Shown here: piece after piece, positions 12,779 through 24,944 of the stretch | Position numbering within the stretch: position 1 is the stretch's first letter | Layout of the letters: each line of letters starts with the position of its first letter | NCBI GenBank assembly: GCA_050084985.1 | Contig: JBITNC010000001.1 | Span: forward strand, 102,486,001-102,550,000 | Direction of reading: 5' to 3' | DNA from: Nageia nagi | Taxonomy: Eukaryota; Plantae; Pinophyta | Length of the DNA stretch: 64,000 bases | Position numbers and translations under genes: made by a program | The notes under the pieces: generated by a model | What the model was told of the DNA's origin: nothing | Databases searched by the model: none | The model's input: only the letters and a program-made list of their open reading frames with translations

Positions 12779-15700
12779 CAAGCTCCCCTTGTTAGGACAC
12801 TCGTGTTGTTGCCTTCCAAATCAGATTCAGAGTGCGTGGAACCTAGGCTAATCCCGTACGAGTCCAGTCTTAGAAACCCATACTAGTCGATGAGAATATC
12901 GCTCCTCGAGCTGAATTCATATATCACCATCTTCTCACAACCCCTTTTTTTAATTTCTTTTGCATGGCTTTTCGCAAAGAATCTTTTCCTTTTCCCCTTT
13001 TCTTGAGAAACAACTATTTCTGGATCAGGGACCCTTCGAGTCCTTAGTTAACAAATTTTATTTGAGTTCGTAACAGCTTTAAGCATCTCCACCGAATCAT
13101 CTGAGTGATCCCTTGCATCCTTCACTTTCAAACCTTCGGAGTAAACAATCCTCATAGCAGGTAAGGGTCACGCCCTACCACTCAAGCGTTGGAATCTTTC
13201 CACAGGCCTTGTAATACCATCTGCCAATCAGCAAGGGTGGAGGTGTCACATTCTGCATTTTGTGACAAAATGTTGGGCTCATAACCCACAAACCCTGAAT
13301 CAATTACACTCCAGAGAAATATTTTTCAAAGAGAAATTAAATTTCAGTGTGTTCAAAGAGCAAATTCGAAGATATTTCACAACAAGATATGCATCAATCT
13401 TGGACATGGGCACTCCAAAAGTGCAAGCGTTGAGATCTTGGCCATCAAACTTGGCTCATTGTTGACCTAGAAGGGTGATGTCAGCCTTCTTTTTTTCTTA
13501 CAACAAGAAGTCAAAGAGGTTAAAGGTGTGATATTGGGCCTTGGAAGCCAATTTTGGCATTTGCTACTCAGTTGGGGGCTCTAGGACAAATTTGTCCACC
13601 CCTTGGAAAAATTCAAATTCATGTTTGAGAAAATTATTTGAAGGTATCTTAATTTTAGAAATTCTGGAAATTAATTTCAATATTTTTTAAATTAAATTGG
13701 AGGAAAAAGAAAATATTTTATTGGAGAAAATTATTTTAATTTGAAGTAAATTAAAATTGGAGAAATAATTCCGCCATAACTAGAGGAAAAAATTTAAAAT
13801 CTAGAAGAGATCCTATAAAAGAGACGTCAAGGCTAGAGGAGGAAATACACTTTAGAAGAGCAATTCACATATTTTCGAAACTATGAGGAGAGAAAAGAGC
13901 TCTTCCAGACTTGGAGAGACCCACACACTAGCTTCAGAAGGGCTACGTTGGCAAGATCAAGGCCTTAAAAGAAATTCGTCCACCCTCAAGGAGGACGTGG
14001 GCACATTTGGGAGACCATTCTCATATTTGAATACATTGATCCATCTTTCAGTAAGTTTGCCCAAATTTTGAAGCACCTGTTTGGCAATTTGAAACAAACT
14101 TTAAAAATAAAAAATGGCAAAACAAAAGATAGACATGAAGTTTGATATGTTTGGGAAATTACTAATCAAAATGAATCAAGAACTATCAAACGAAGACACT
14201 ACAAGAAAAGAAGAAACAAATGAGTTAGATAAGCTACTACTGAATTACAGTAAGAGATCCAAAAACTACAAGAAGGTAGTACCCTTCGAATCATTCCTAA
14301 GCTTAATTGGGAAAAGACATTTACTTAAAGAAGTCTGTTGGGAACCAAGAAAAGAGAAATACACTGCATCATCCCTAAAGGCCACCATTATCTAGCCGCA
14401 AGAACACAATCACAAGGAGCAAGAATTTGTGATGAACAAAGTAGTAGTCAAAGAAAGTAATGGAGTCATTGAAGAGCATTAGGGTAATACCACTATCGTC
14501 CATGACTTTAATGATGAAAATCTATTTGAAGTTTTACAGCAACCAAGAAAAAATGAGTGCCTACAATGAAGAATGGAGAGACAGTCTTTTGATCACACCC
14601 GAACAAGAGACCATAAGCCTAGCTCAATTGGATGATGCCCAAGAACTTATCGAGAAATCAATACAAGGCAAGCAACCCCTGTCACATAACGGGCTTAAAA
14701 GGGTAGCACATACTTTTTAGGATTTAAAAATCACTTATCTTTACATGATTAGGGATAAAATGCTCATAGCAGAAAGAGAAATAGAAATATTATTAATGCC
14801 TGCGAGTGACCAAAAATATGTCTAAGGGACTTGAAAGTACAATCCAGCTAAATGTAGGAGTTGCTAGGGTAGCAAAAAAAGCTATAAAGCTACACTACAC
14901 TACATTGAGTGAAACATTATCAACACCCTCAATCACGCAAATGGAAAGAGAATTGGGGATCTCACTAACAAATGCAAAGATGAAGAGTCCATAAAGAGAG
15001 AATATTTGGACAAATAGGAGAAGGAGATTCCTGAGTTGTCCAAGTCGAAGAAGAATCAAGAGAGGAAGACATTACCACAAAGGGAGAATTCCTTATGGAT
15101 AAGATAACCCCCATGAAGACGAACGAAAATGAAGATTACTCTTGGTTAAATATGGACACTACTTTGGAAAACTTGAAAGAAGGGGGATAGGACACAAATC
15201 ACATCAAACCAAGCATGGAAATTTTCAAAGTCGTAGCCGACTTTGAAAGTCACTTTGAAAATAAGACTTTCTGGTTCTGCCTCTTTGAAGAATCTTCTCA
15301 AAAGGCCCTCTTCTCTTACATGGAAAATTGGGTATTTGGAATCATAACCAAGTGAGTGAAGGAAAATTGGCAACTCCATGGTACAATATTGCCCACGCAT
15401 AATTCCTCCATGTGGATGCATACCGAAAAATTAGGCAATATAAGAGAAGACATTGATTTCACCCAAGACTCGCAAGTTATCATTAGTCCAGAGATGTTTC
15501 AGAAGGTTCTAGAATGGTTGGCTAGGAAACGTAAGTTCAGACATACAAAGAGCAATCCAATGGCTCAAGTGGCTGCAAAGAAAAGGCAACCCCCTTACAA
15601 AGGAAGATAACCAAGGGACAATCATCAAGGAACCATGTGAGGAGAACTTCACCACACCAACAAAGGACTCTCTCACACTTCACACTTCAAGAGGAGTATC

Positions 15701-16033
15701 CGACACCATTAACTAGGAAGAATTCACAGTTGGAGAATGGGTATACCTTCATTTGCAGCCTTACATGCTCTCTCCCACCAAGATAAGGAAGCCTAATAAG
15801 CACAAATTGCATTATTATGGACCCTTCAAAGTTCTACAAAAATGGGAAGAGGATCATTATGAATTGATGTTGCCACCTAACAATGGGTTACACCTCATAT
15901 TCCATGTTTCTTGCTTAAGGAGGAATCTAGGCCCAAGGATCACTCCCTTATCCAAACTTCCGCCCATCGATAAAGAGGAAAATTTGGGATGGATACCAAA
16001 AAATGTTTTGGGTTCCAAAACGAAACGACTAAG

Positions 16034-16820
16034 CAAGGTTGTCAGGTACTGGGGGATGGGGAAATGAGGGGATGAGTCCCCAGGGACGGCAAGGGACGAT
16101 GACCCGATTTTAGGAAACACGAGGGAGACGACAAGTATATATATACTAAAAAAATCTCCAAAATTTTCAGATTTAAGAAAAGTAGATATTAGATATAGTT
16201 TCAATGTCTCATTCATCATTAGCATTCATGATTCATTCAAGAACCAATTCAAATATGTAACATACTTTGTAAATGAAAGTCTGTAACTACTAACATACTA
16301 ACAAGTAACATGTAAAATGATTATAAAACGAAAATCAGAAATTTGAATCATAAATGATAAATCAGAGTTAGCCATAAATATAGCCTAATAATCATAGTCA
16401 ATAATCATAATGCCATTAAATTTGAATATGCTTAGGCCCAAAAACATAGTCTTTGACATGAATATGTCAAATAAGTCAAAAATGAGAAATAAGTGTAAAT
16501 GACAATCATTGCAATGTGAATATAAAGGCATGTTTTTAGGGTTGGAGGGGTGGAGACCCTTGTGCGACCCACCCCCTAAGGTTTATGAAAAAATTTTAAA
16601 AAAAGTTGAGATTGTTTTTTAGTGTGCAATATCATCCCCATTTGCAAATTTTAAAAGGAAACATCCCCAAGGCCTGGGAAATCATCCCGAGGTCATCCCC
16701 TTTGTACGTCCTAAAAAGGGGACGGTGGGAAACGTCCCCTAAGGCATTCCCCAATCTTGTGGATATGGGGGACAGGGAAACGAGGAAAAAAAAGGGGGGA
16801 TGCATCCCCTGAGAATGTTG
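16034..16820. mobile_element. Non-autonomous hAT element (787 bp) inserted in the chromodomain
   Basis: 8-bp TSD cgactaag/caactaag and imperfect 13-bp TIRs (caaggttgtcagg / caacattctcagg). GGGGA(C/T)G subterminal motifs. Removal restores KTKRLRNRVIHEV. Confidence 0.85.
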
Positions 16821-19800
16821 CAACTAAGGAATCGAGTTATCCACGAGGTTTGAATCAAATGGAAGGGATTACCATCAAAAGAAGCCACTTGGGAACACCT
16901 CAACACCATCACAACTAGAAAAGGTGTGAAGATTAAGAATGCTTCACCAATGACACCAAATTGCTTAAGGACAAGCAATTTGGGGGGGGGCGGATTTGTA
17001 ATATTCCCAAATTTTGGCATCTCACTCACTCTAGCACCTGGACATGGGACGTGCACCGTCATGGTGCTCTCTTAGCCATTTAGGCGTATTTTGGTAGTTT
17101 TAGAGTAATTTGGAAATATTTTAACAATTTGAGGATTAATTAGGGGATTTTTCTATATATTATCCCACTTGGAGGCTCTCTAACATGGGACGTTGGACTC
17201 TATGAGTCATTATTTGTTATTTTTATCAATTAAATATTTACAAATTGCATGGGCCAATTAAGGATGCCAAATAATTATTGTAATTGTAATACCAAGGCAA
17301 CTAATATTGTAAATGTAATATTAGTCTCCTTTAGTGAGGCGTTCCATATTTGGGCCTTGATGAGTTGTAATTTGGCATCTCCAAGCACCTAAATGCCTCT
17401 CAATGTAATTATGCTTCCCCCTAAGCCAAACGCATCCCTAGGGGCAGAGCATGAAGATTCCAAGGACGTGAAACTAATCCCAAACCAAAGAAAACATCAA
17501 GAGAGAGGTGTTGCACCTTGAGAGACAATTTGGCATGTTGGATGTGATGAGTGATCTTGTGAATCTCAAGGTAATACAAGTTATGATGTCTCATCCATGA
17601 GTGGATCTAGACCTCCCATGCCTTGATTGTGATGATCCCAATGCATCTAGAGGTGGACGCGGGATAAGGAGTACACCCAAAGTCTATAAAAGGAGGAAGA
17701 TACCTCACTGTTTGGAATTTATTCTTCTTCTTCAAGTTGTGGGCGTCTTCTCCTTCCATTGCCTCTTGTGGATGAAAACCCACAAGGGAGGTGCTAAGAC
17801 TTAAAGAGGTTTCAGGGCTATATGGATCGCTACTTTGGGGATTAGCGCACCTCAAAGGACTTGCTAGCTATCTAGGGGTATTGGCATTACCCTAGATTAT
17901 CTTAACACTGCTAAAGACCCTAGTGTCTTGGCCACAATTAACGAAGGAGTAAGTCCTAGTACAAGCCTTGCCCTTCTGTGGGACAGCTCTGGTTGCTTGT
18001 TGCTTGTTTTCAGCATTCTCAATAGGCTCTTCACCTAAGGCATCATTGCTCTAGATCAAAGGCATGTAATTTCGTTTCCATTGCAATATTAATAGAATTA
18101 CAATTGTGGCTTAATATTTTTTTTATCTTTTGGCTTCCATAGCTTAGACATTGGGATTGTGGAGGCAATATTGTGTTATCTTGTTGTTTTTGCTTGGACA
18201 TTGAGCTTGCTTGGGTTAATTGCACTTTTTGAGTTCGATTGTGGATATATAGCACTTTTGGACCAGATGTTGGCTTTTTTGGCACCATTATTTGCTTTTG
18301 GAACTAAATGTTGGGTTTATTACTTGTTATATTGCCCTTTAAGGCTAGACATCTACATTTCTATAGCTTGGATAAGGCATTTAGGGTATTTTTAGTGCAT
18401 TAACAGCTTAATTGAAAATTTTGGTGATTTTTAATTAATTTTGTGAGGCCCTTTGGCACAATTCCGGATCAACCCTAGTCTGAAATATTTCAGTGAGTTC
18501 ATCCATAGGACTTTAACTAAACAAGGGGTACAATTGGCCAAGTTCGTAGAGGGGGAAGAGACATTTTGTTGGTTGCAATTTGGAATATCCCATGAGTCCC
18601 TTTCCAAGCCTTGGGATAGAGTTGTGAAGGTAGTTATGAAGTATCTAACCTTGGATGGTAAGTATCGGTGAATTTTCGACTACCATGCTGTGATTTTGAA
18701 TTCTATTCGCCATAATGAGCCACTTAACTTCCTAGCCTTCTTGTTCCACGACTTGGAGGAATCCATCAATGAGGTGAAAATGGTTGGGCGGAATTTGCCT
18801 TTGCACCAAGGGCTCATCAAGTTGATTGGCTATTACATGTTGAAGAAGGAGCGAGGTAAGGAGGGGGAACTCCTAGGAAAAGTGGATTCTTGGTTTCTCA
18901 AACGCAATTGCTTCTAGGCGCCGAGAGGAAAGGGTCTAATCTTGCGAAAGGGAAGGAGGTGCTGATTGAAGAGGTGCCACAGTCAAAGGATGGGGATAAT
19001 ATTCCTCTTACTAAAAAGAGAAAGTTTCTATTTTGGACAAGCAAAGGTTGACTAAAGGCTTTTGTAGGTCAGTAACAATTAATAAGGGGACTAAGACAAA
19101 GATTATGGAATACAATGACGAATTAGACAAGGTCTTTGAGTTGGTGAAAGCCTCGGCTAAGAAGATAGAAGGGATTAAGAAGGCAACAAGGGAAAAGGAG
19201 GTAACAAAAGTGCAAGAGGTGGAAGAGGATGCAGTCAAAGCACAAAAGGTGGAGGCAATGGAGGCAAAATCATCCGAGAAGGCAAAAAATTCTCAAGAGG
19301 TTGCAGAGGAGGCAGTTAACAAAAACCCTACCCCTCCAAGGGCTGTAGCAGGGAAGGAGGAAGAGTCAATAGGAGAACCTTGGAAGATCACGGTTAATGA
19401 GGTCAAAATCAACCACAAGTTGTTGTCAGACTTGTCCTACACCTTGTGGACCACCATAACATGCATGAACTTATTGGAAGCAAAGTTGGCTATCCACATT
19501 AGGGCCTCAGTTGAATTCTTGAGGTAGGCTGATGGAGAGGAGAAAGGGGAATCATCTAAGGTGAAGGACAAGAGTAATAGTAAATTTGTATGTTTTGGGT
19601 TTTTTTTGTCTTTGTTTACTTGTTATCCTTTATAGGTTAGTAAGTTGTTTTAGGCAAGCTATGATACAGATAGTGCTTACACATGTTTTATAGCCTAATT
19701 TTGTACAGGTTTTAGGACCCTAAAACCTTCAGGAATAATACCCAAAAAAAGTGATTTACTTGATTTAGTATTTATGTAAAAATGCCAACTTGGGCCCACT

Positions 19801-22800
19801 TTGTATTATTCTAGATTAGCTTAAGCAAAATCTTCTAATTCAACATTATCTTATGTGCATGTCAGACTAGGTAGGTACACCTAAGTGAATTCAAATTTAC
19901 ATTTCGTAAGTTTACATAAAGCAAAAGCAAAAGCTCATTTTATATCATAATAACTTAGGATTTCAATCCAAGGTTGTGCTAACTCTTGTTTCAAAAAGTC
20001 CTAATGCTAACATCATCTAAAAAATTGAGCATATTCTTTTTTAGTATTCCTTGAACCAAATTCTCACATATTGAAGATGAAATCAACAAGGCAAATTGTA
20101 GAATCATATGCAATCTTGCAACAAGTATCAATAGAAGTTCATTACACATTTGAATACGATAAATACCAAAACATGAGCATTTTGGACAACACATCCTAGA
20201 AAGTTGGGTATTTGGAACCCTACTTTTCGAAGGTGGGTGACTTGGCCTCGAAGTTAGATTGACCCTTAATCAAACTTACGAATCACTTGCTTTAGAACAC
20301 CAAAGATTCATCCTCAAAAAGAAGAAGTTGTTAGTCAAACTGCCTCATATCTATGAACTCCATATAGGTCTACTATATATCTCCTCTCTCAAATTTTGCA
20401 ATAACCTAGTTTGCTATGTCTAATCCTACATGTTGCCATTAATCTAATTTCAATATGTAGGCAAAATAAATTGTATATATTTTAATACATTCTCTTTTAC
20501 TTTGTCTAAAAATTGATGAAAGAGAAGCTTTAGTAATTTTTTTCTCTTTCACAAAAAACCTTTTAAGTTTTTGGTTTTGCTCGTCCTTATTTATACTTCT
20601 CTCAAACATTTGTTTCTAAAACCCTTAGTTTTTCAAATTAGGGCACAATGTTTCTTTCAAATTCTATTTTCCTTTGTGTTTTATTCACCCTTGTTTGCAC
20701 TACCTTTAAAACCTATAAACCAAATGAATCCGAAATTATTACCAAACCAAGAAGTGAAAGGGTAGCCAAAAAGAGCACACCTATCATTCAAACTTCAGTC
20801 AATGATTATGGTGACTATAACCTAAAAGATGCTAGAATAAACAAATGAAGATATTTTCAATTCAAATATGCCTCTTTCCAAGCATCTATATACAAATTAT
20901 GATGGCAACATCAAAGATGATGACAATCACACGCTTTAATTCACATGATGACTATCAAAACAACAACAATGGTGAAACAAAAAATATAACCAATAGTACT
21001 TGAACCCTAACCCTACACAAAGCAATTAAAGACCAGTAATAAATAATGATCTTGCCCTTGAACTATCATTGAATGCCCTCCCAACTATAGAAAGAAGAGC
21101 CAAATTCACACATTATGTAACTGATGAATATTTCCTTGACATATTTGCCATGTTACCCAAACCTCAAAAGCACAACCTTCACCCATGTGCGAAAGCGACT
21201 CAACCTATCCCTCCAAAGAACAATTTATTGTGTGATGAACTCAATGCAACTTCAATTTCCATTGCAACCTTCCCATCCCACAACACCATCTTCCAAGCTA
21301 CCAAACCCAAAATGTGGCTGATCTAGGCCCCATAAACCTCAAACATGGTTATTCTTGCTCTCTATTACATAATGTGAACAGTTTGGACCCATGGACCCAG
21401 AACAACAACATTTGGGTGCCTCTATCAAAAACCCACTCATCGCTAACTTCAATACCAATCCCATTGTTTCGCAAATCATCCCCTACCTAGTTTCACCCAA
21501 TCCTTCCTCACTATCACCCTTCATTTGTTGTATTGACATTAGGAATTTCTACACCTTGGTTTACTATCAAAACCAATCCCTAAGGCTCCCCATAACAACA
21601 AAGATAGAAAATAGGGTTAACTTCAAAACCATTAATCACAAGAGAACAATAGCATTAGAAAAACCAATCACCCCAAGCATCTATCAGGAAAGCCAAGATG
21701 ATTCACCAATTTTTAACTTCTAGGGCTAACACCTGATGAAAGGAAAAATCAGGTACAATGAATAACAAATTTCCTACAATGGAGAAAAAGTACAACCTAC
21801 CTTTCAAAAACTATCCCTTCAAGAACAACACATGCAACTACTTCAGGTGAAAGAATTCTTACAATGGGAACAAAAAAATAAAAGAAGAATATTTGTTGAA
21901 AGACCGTTAGAAGTGGAACAACCTAAGAACAACCAAAAGAACACAAGGAATTGATTGATTTGTACAAAGAGTACATAAAACACTTAAAGAATTAAAGGCA
22001 CTAACAGCTTCGAGTAGTAACATGCAAACAAATATCACATCTTCATACAAATGTATCAAGAAATCTCTATACTCAACAATCAAAATGTTAACCCTCCAAG
22101 AGAGAGACTTCCTAAGTTTTACAAAATACAATGGTACAAATGACCTTAGGCAACATATACTCTGATTTTGGCCCTAGGCATCTCAATCATAGAACACCAA
22201 CATTCTAGCACCACATTTCCATAATGCCACCATTTTGGTTTGGAAGTGCCAAAATGTTGGCCATGTTTGAGCCATTTGACCCTCAATTTGCATGCTCCAA
22301 CATCAAAAAAATCTAGCCCTCTCTTATATCCATGCATGATCATCTTCAAACCCAATTACACTTACACTTTGACTTGACATGTTTCACAAATAGCATGTGT
22401 TTGTTTCAGCCCTACAGAATAATCATTTGAGCATTGTCTACAACCAGAACATGATCAAAACTGCCCAACGAAAGGAGCAGTTTAGAATTATCCAAAAAAT
22501 ATCACAAACAACTTTATCTTCTAAATTATCACTTCCCAAATCATTTTCTAGATTATCAAAATTTTGAATTTTCATATTCTGAAATAATCAAGCACGTCTT
22601 TATCTTAGAAGAAAGGACGCAATTCTCCAAATCAAAATGTAAATCAACTTAAGCATTTATCCATTTTTCATCTACCATTTTGCTTTGATCTCTCTATTCA
22701 TCACAGGTCTTCACACGCAGCCCAAAGCAAAAGGTACAATCAATAGTATTCATTTACTCTAAAAGAATGTGCTCATTCATGCTTGCACCTATCCTTTTCA

Positions 22801-23154
22801 ACCTTTGGGGTAGGGTTAGTCTCAAGCTAAATCATGACAAGGTTTTATCATTTCATATACCCATAAATTTACTTTCTATTATGCACAACATGTGCTACGC
22901 AAGATCTTTGCAAGGCAATTACACATAACCATCAAACTCAATACCCTTTTTATTTTAGAATGTGGGTTTGAGTCCTCTCCCTCGATCCTATTCCACAAGG
23001 TACAAATTGTAGACACTTAAATTTGCATTTTAATTATCTAAAATGAAATTACTTAAATAATTAACCTAATTTATGTGAAATTTGGCTTTGAGTCCTCTCT
23101 CTTGATTCTATTCCAAAAGAGACAAACTAAAGACATTTAAAATTGCATTTTAAT

Positions 23155-23428
23155 CATAGTAAAGAAACTCGGACTCAATACAGCCTTAGCAAGGCTGAAT
23201 TGAGATTTAAACTTGAACTTGGCAGAAAAGCTCAAAAAAAATTGGCAAAAACTCAGCAAAATAACCCCAAAGAAATTGCAATTTTTCATTGAAAAAAGTT
23301 TTTGAAAAAATCGACAAAACTTGCTAGTAAAAAAAAATTAACAAGCCCAAAAAAACTAGATGAGTCGAGGCCGACTTGGATTCAAACTCGACAAGTTTTT
23401 TAAAAACTCGTCGAGTTTCATATCAATG
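23155..23428. mobile_element. hAT-like MITE inside the 3' LTR
   Basis: TIRs catagtaaagaaactcg / cattgatatgaaactcg and aaactcg subterminal motifs. LTR sequence resumes after it. TSD degenerate. Confidence 0.7.
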
Positions 23429-23612
23429 AATTTTTATTATTAAAAATGACACTACTTAAGTGATTTATCTGATTTGTGTAAAAATGTCTATTTGGACTAG
23501 TTTGGGATATTCTAGGTTAACTTAAGCAAAATCTTCTAATTCAACAATTTCTTATGTGCAAATCATCAATGTAGATGGGTACACCATGGTGAATTCAAAA
23601 TTAAACTTCTCA

Positions 23613-23619
<7 letters not shown>

Positions 23620-23665
<46 letters not shown>
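23620..23665. repeat. (AT)n microsatellite
   Basis: About 23 uninterrupted AT units; absent from the matching 5' LTR position near 19910-19945. Confidence 0.95.
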
Positions 23666-23668
<3 letters not shown>

Positions 23669-24265
23669 ATAATATCTTAGGATTTCATTTCCAAGGTTAA
23701 GCATACTCTTGTTTCAAAGAATCTTAGCACTAACATCATCTACAAGATTGATCATATTTTTCTTTAATATTTCCTTGAATCAAATTCACAAGTGAAGAAG
23801 TTGAAATCCGCAATGCAAATTTCAAAATCTCATCCAATCCCACAAGATGTATGAACAAACGTTCATTACACCTTTGAATGCCCCAATCCTAAAATGTGGG
23901 CACTTTAGACCCCACATCCCACAACGTTTGGCATTTCAAAACCTTACCCAAAAATGTATGTGATTTGGTTCCCAAGTCAAATTTACCTTGAACAAATCCT
24001 CAAAGTTGAGTCCAACTTAGTATTACTTAGATTTGTCACTTGCTCACTCCAAAATGTCAATGACTCATCAACCAAGATTACAAGATGTAACCTATTTTAT
24101 ATCATGAACTCCAAAATAAGACTTCTTTACATTTCCTCCTTCAATTTCTACAGTAACTCAGTTTCTTGTGACCAATCTTGCATATTACAATTAATCTATT
24201 TTTCATTGTGTAGCATAATAAATGAGATATATTTTAATACATTGTTCTTTATTCTATGTCTAGAG

Positions 24266-24944
24266 CATAGTAGTAAAAATCGCGATTAATCACTGATTCG
24301 ATCGGCGATTCGACCTGGCCGATTAATCACTAATTGAATCCGCAATCTTTTATTTTGCTAAGCCGTCCGATTTTGGCCAATTAATTGCCAGTTTTTTTGT
24401 TAAGTTTTTGGAAAAAAAATTAAAAATCAACTGACTCGGGAAAAAGCACTTTTTTGAGAATAAAAAAGCCAATTTTGACTTCATTTTCTAGATTTCACTT
24501 CAGCAAACAAGGTCAGCAAGCTTCTAAGAGCTTAAACAGCAGAGCAAAATCAGTTATAGGACCCTTCAATCAGTTTTTTCTACTTGTTTATCTACAATTT
24601 TTTATAACTACTTATGCTTGCAGTTAATGCATTGTTTTTTTTTTCTACTTATGCTTGCAGCCTGTCCATTGTTCTTTTTACTACTTATACTTGCAGCCTG
24701 TGCATTGTTTTTTTTCTACTTATGCTTGCAGCTTGTGAGTATAATCTTGGTATAGCTCTCTAGCATATTATGTTTTTTCTCATAGAAATGAAATGCTGAC
24801 TGGCACGAAGCCAAAAAATACTATGGATTTTTCCTTTTTGCCAATTCTGATTTTTTTTGAAGTCAACAGCCAAAAGGATTTTTTGCCAATTCCAAGTCGA
24901 AAACCATCAGCTTTTGCCTTTTTTCTGGAACAAGTTAACACTAC
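24266..24944. mobile_element. Probable hAT-like MITE with internal ~37-bp tandem repeats (24607-24735)
   Basis: Starts catagtagtaaaaatcgcgattaatc with dense cgatt/aatcg subterminal motifs; ctacttatgcttgcag occurs about 4 times. Right end and TSD uncertain. Confidence 0.6.

Larger units (their letters stand above)
9614..18492 (+). mobile_element. Full-length non-autonomous chromovirus-type Gypsy LTR retrotransposon
   Basis: LTRs at 9614-11116 and 16997-18492 (TGTAATATT...AATATTTCA) with a perfect 5-bp TSD GTGAG. PBS tggtatcaaag at 11118 (tRNA-iMet-like) and PPT at 16981-16996. Integrase tail GEWVYLHLQPY..YYGPFKVL..IFHVSCL and chromodomain IKWKGLPSKEATWE. No RT or RNase H seen. Confidence 0.95.
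9100..19748 (+). mobile_element. Poly(A)-tailed retroposon of 1.77 kb (9100-9613 plus 18498-19748) with a single decayed ORF of unknown function
   Basis: 11-bp TSD aagtgatttac at 9089-9099 and 19749-19759. A-tail at 19744-19750 and 3' hairpin at 19707-19728. The ORF starts at ATG 9374 (MGGELV*MEPF) and rejoins in frame across the nested LTR element (GLPKVGE|FIHRTL), running to about 19527. Confidence 0.85.
9014..24264 (+). mobile_element. Old non-autonomous or deleted LTR retrotransposon. 5' LTR 9014-9099 plus 19760-20510; 3' LTR about 23008-24264. Outermost layer of the nest.
   Basis: Both LTRs start tgtagacacttaaatt and end tgtcta(a/g)a. 19751-20510 aligns by eye with 23455-24264. The 2.5-kb interior has no recognisable pol. 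TSD not recovered. Confidence 0.7.

Noticed and set aside
11915-13250. Nested solo LTR within the chromovirus interior
   Set aside because: It has LTR-like composition and ends in tgtcaca, but no start gave a matching TSD, so it is not called as a separate element.
10258-17855. Paired MRCAN.. ORFs (10258-10479 and 17607-17855) as duplicated genes
   Set aside because: They are equivalent positions in the two LTRs of one element and diverge by frameshift.
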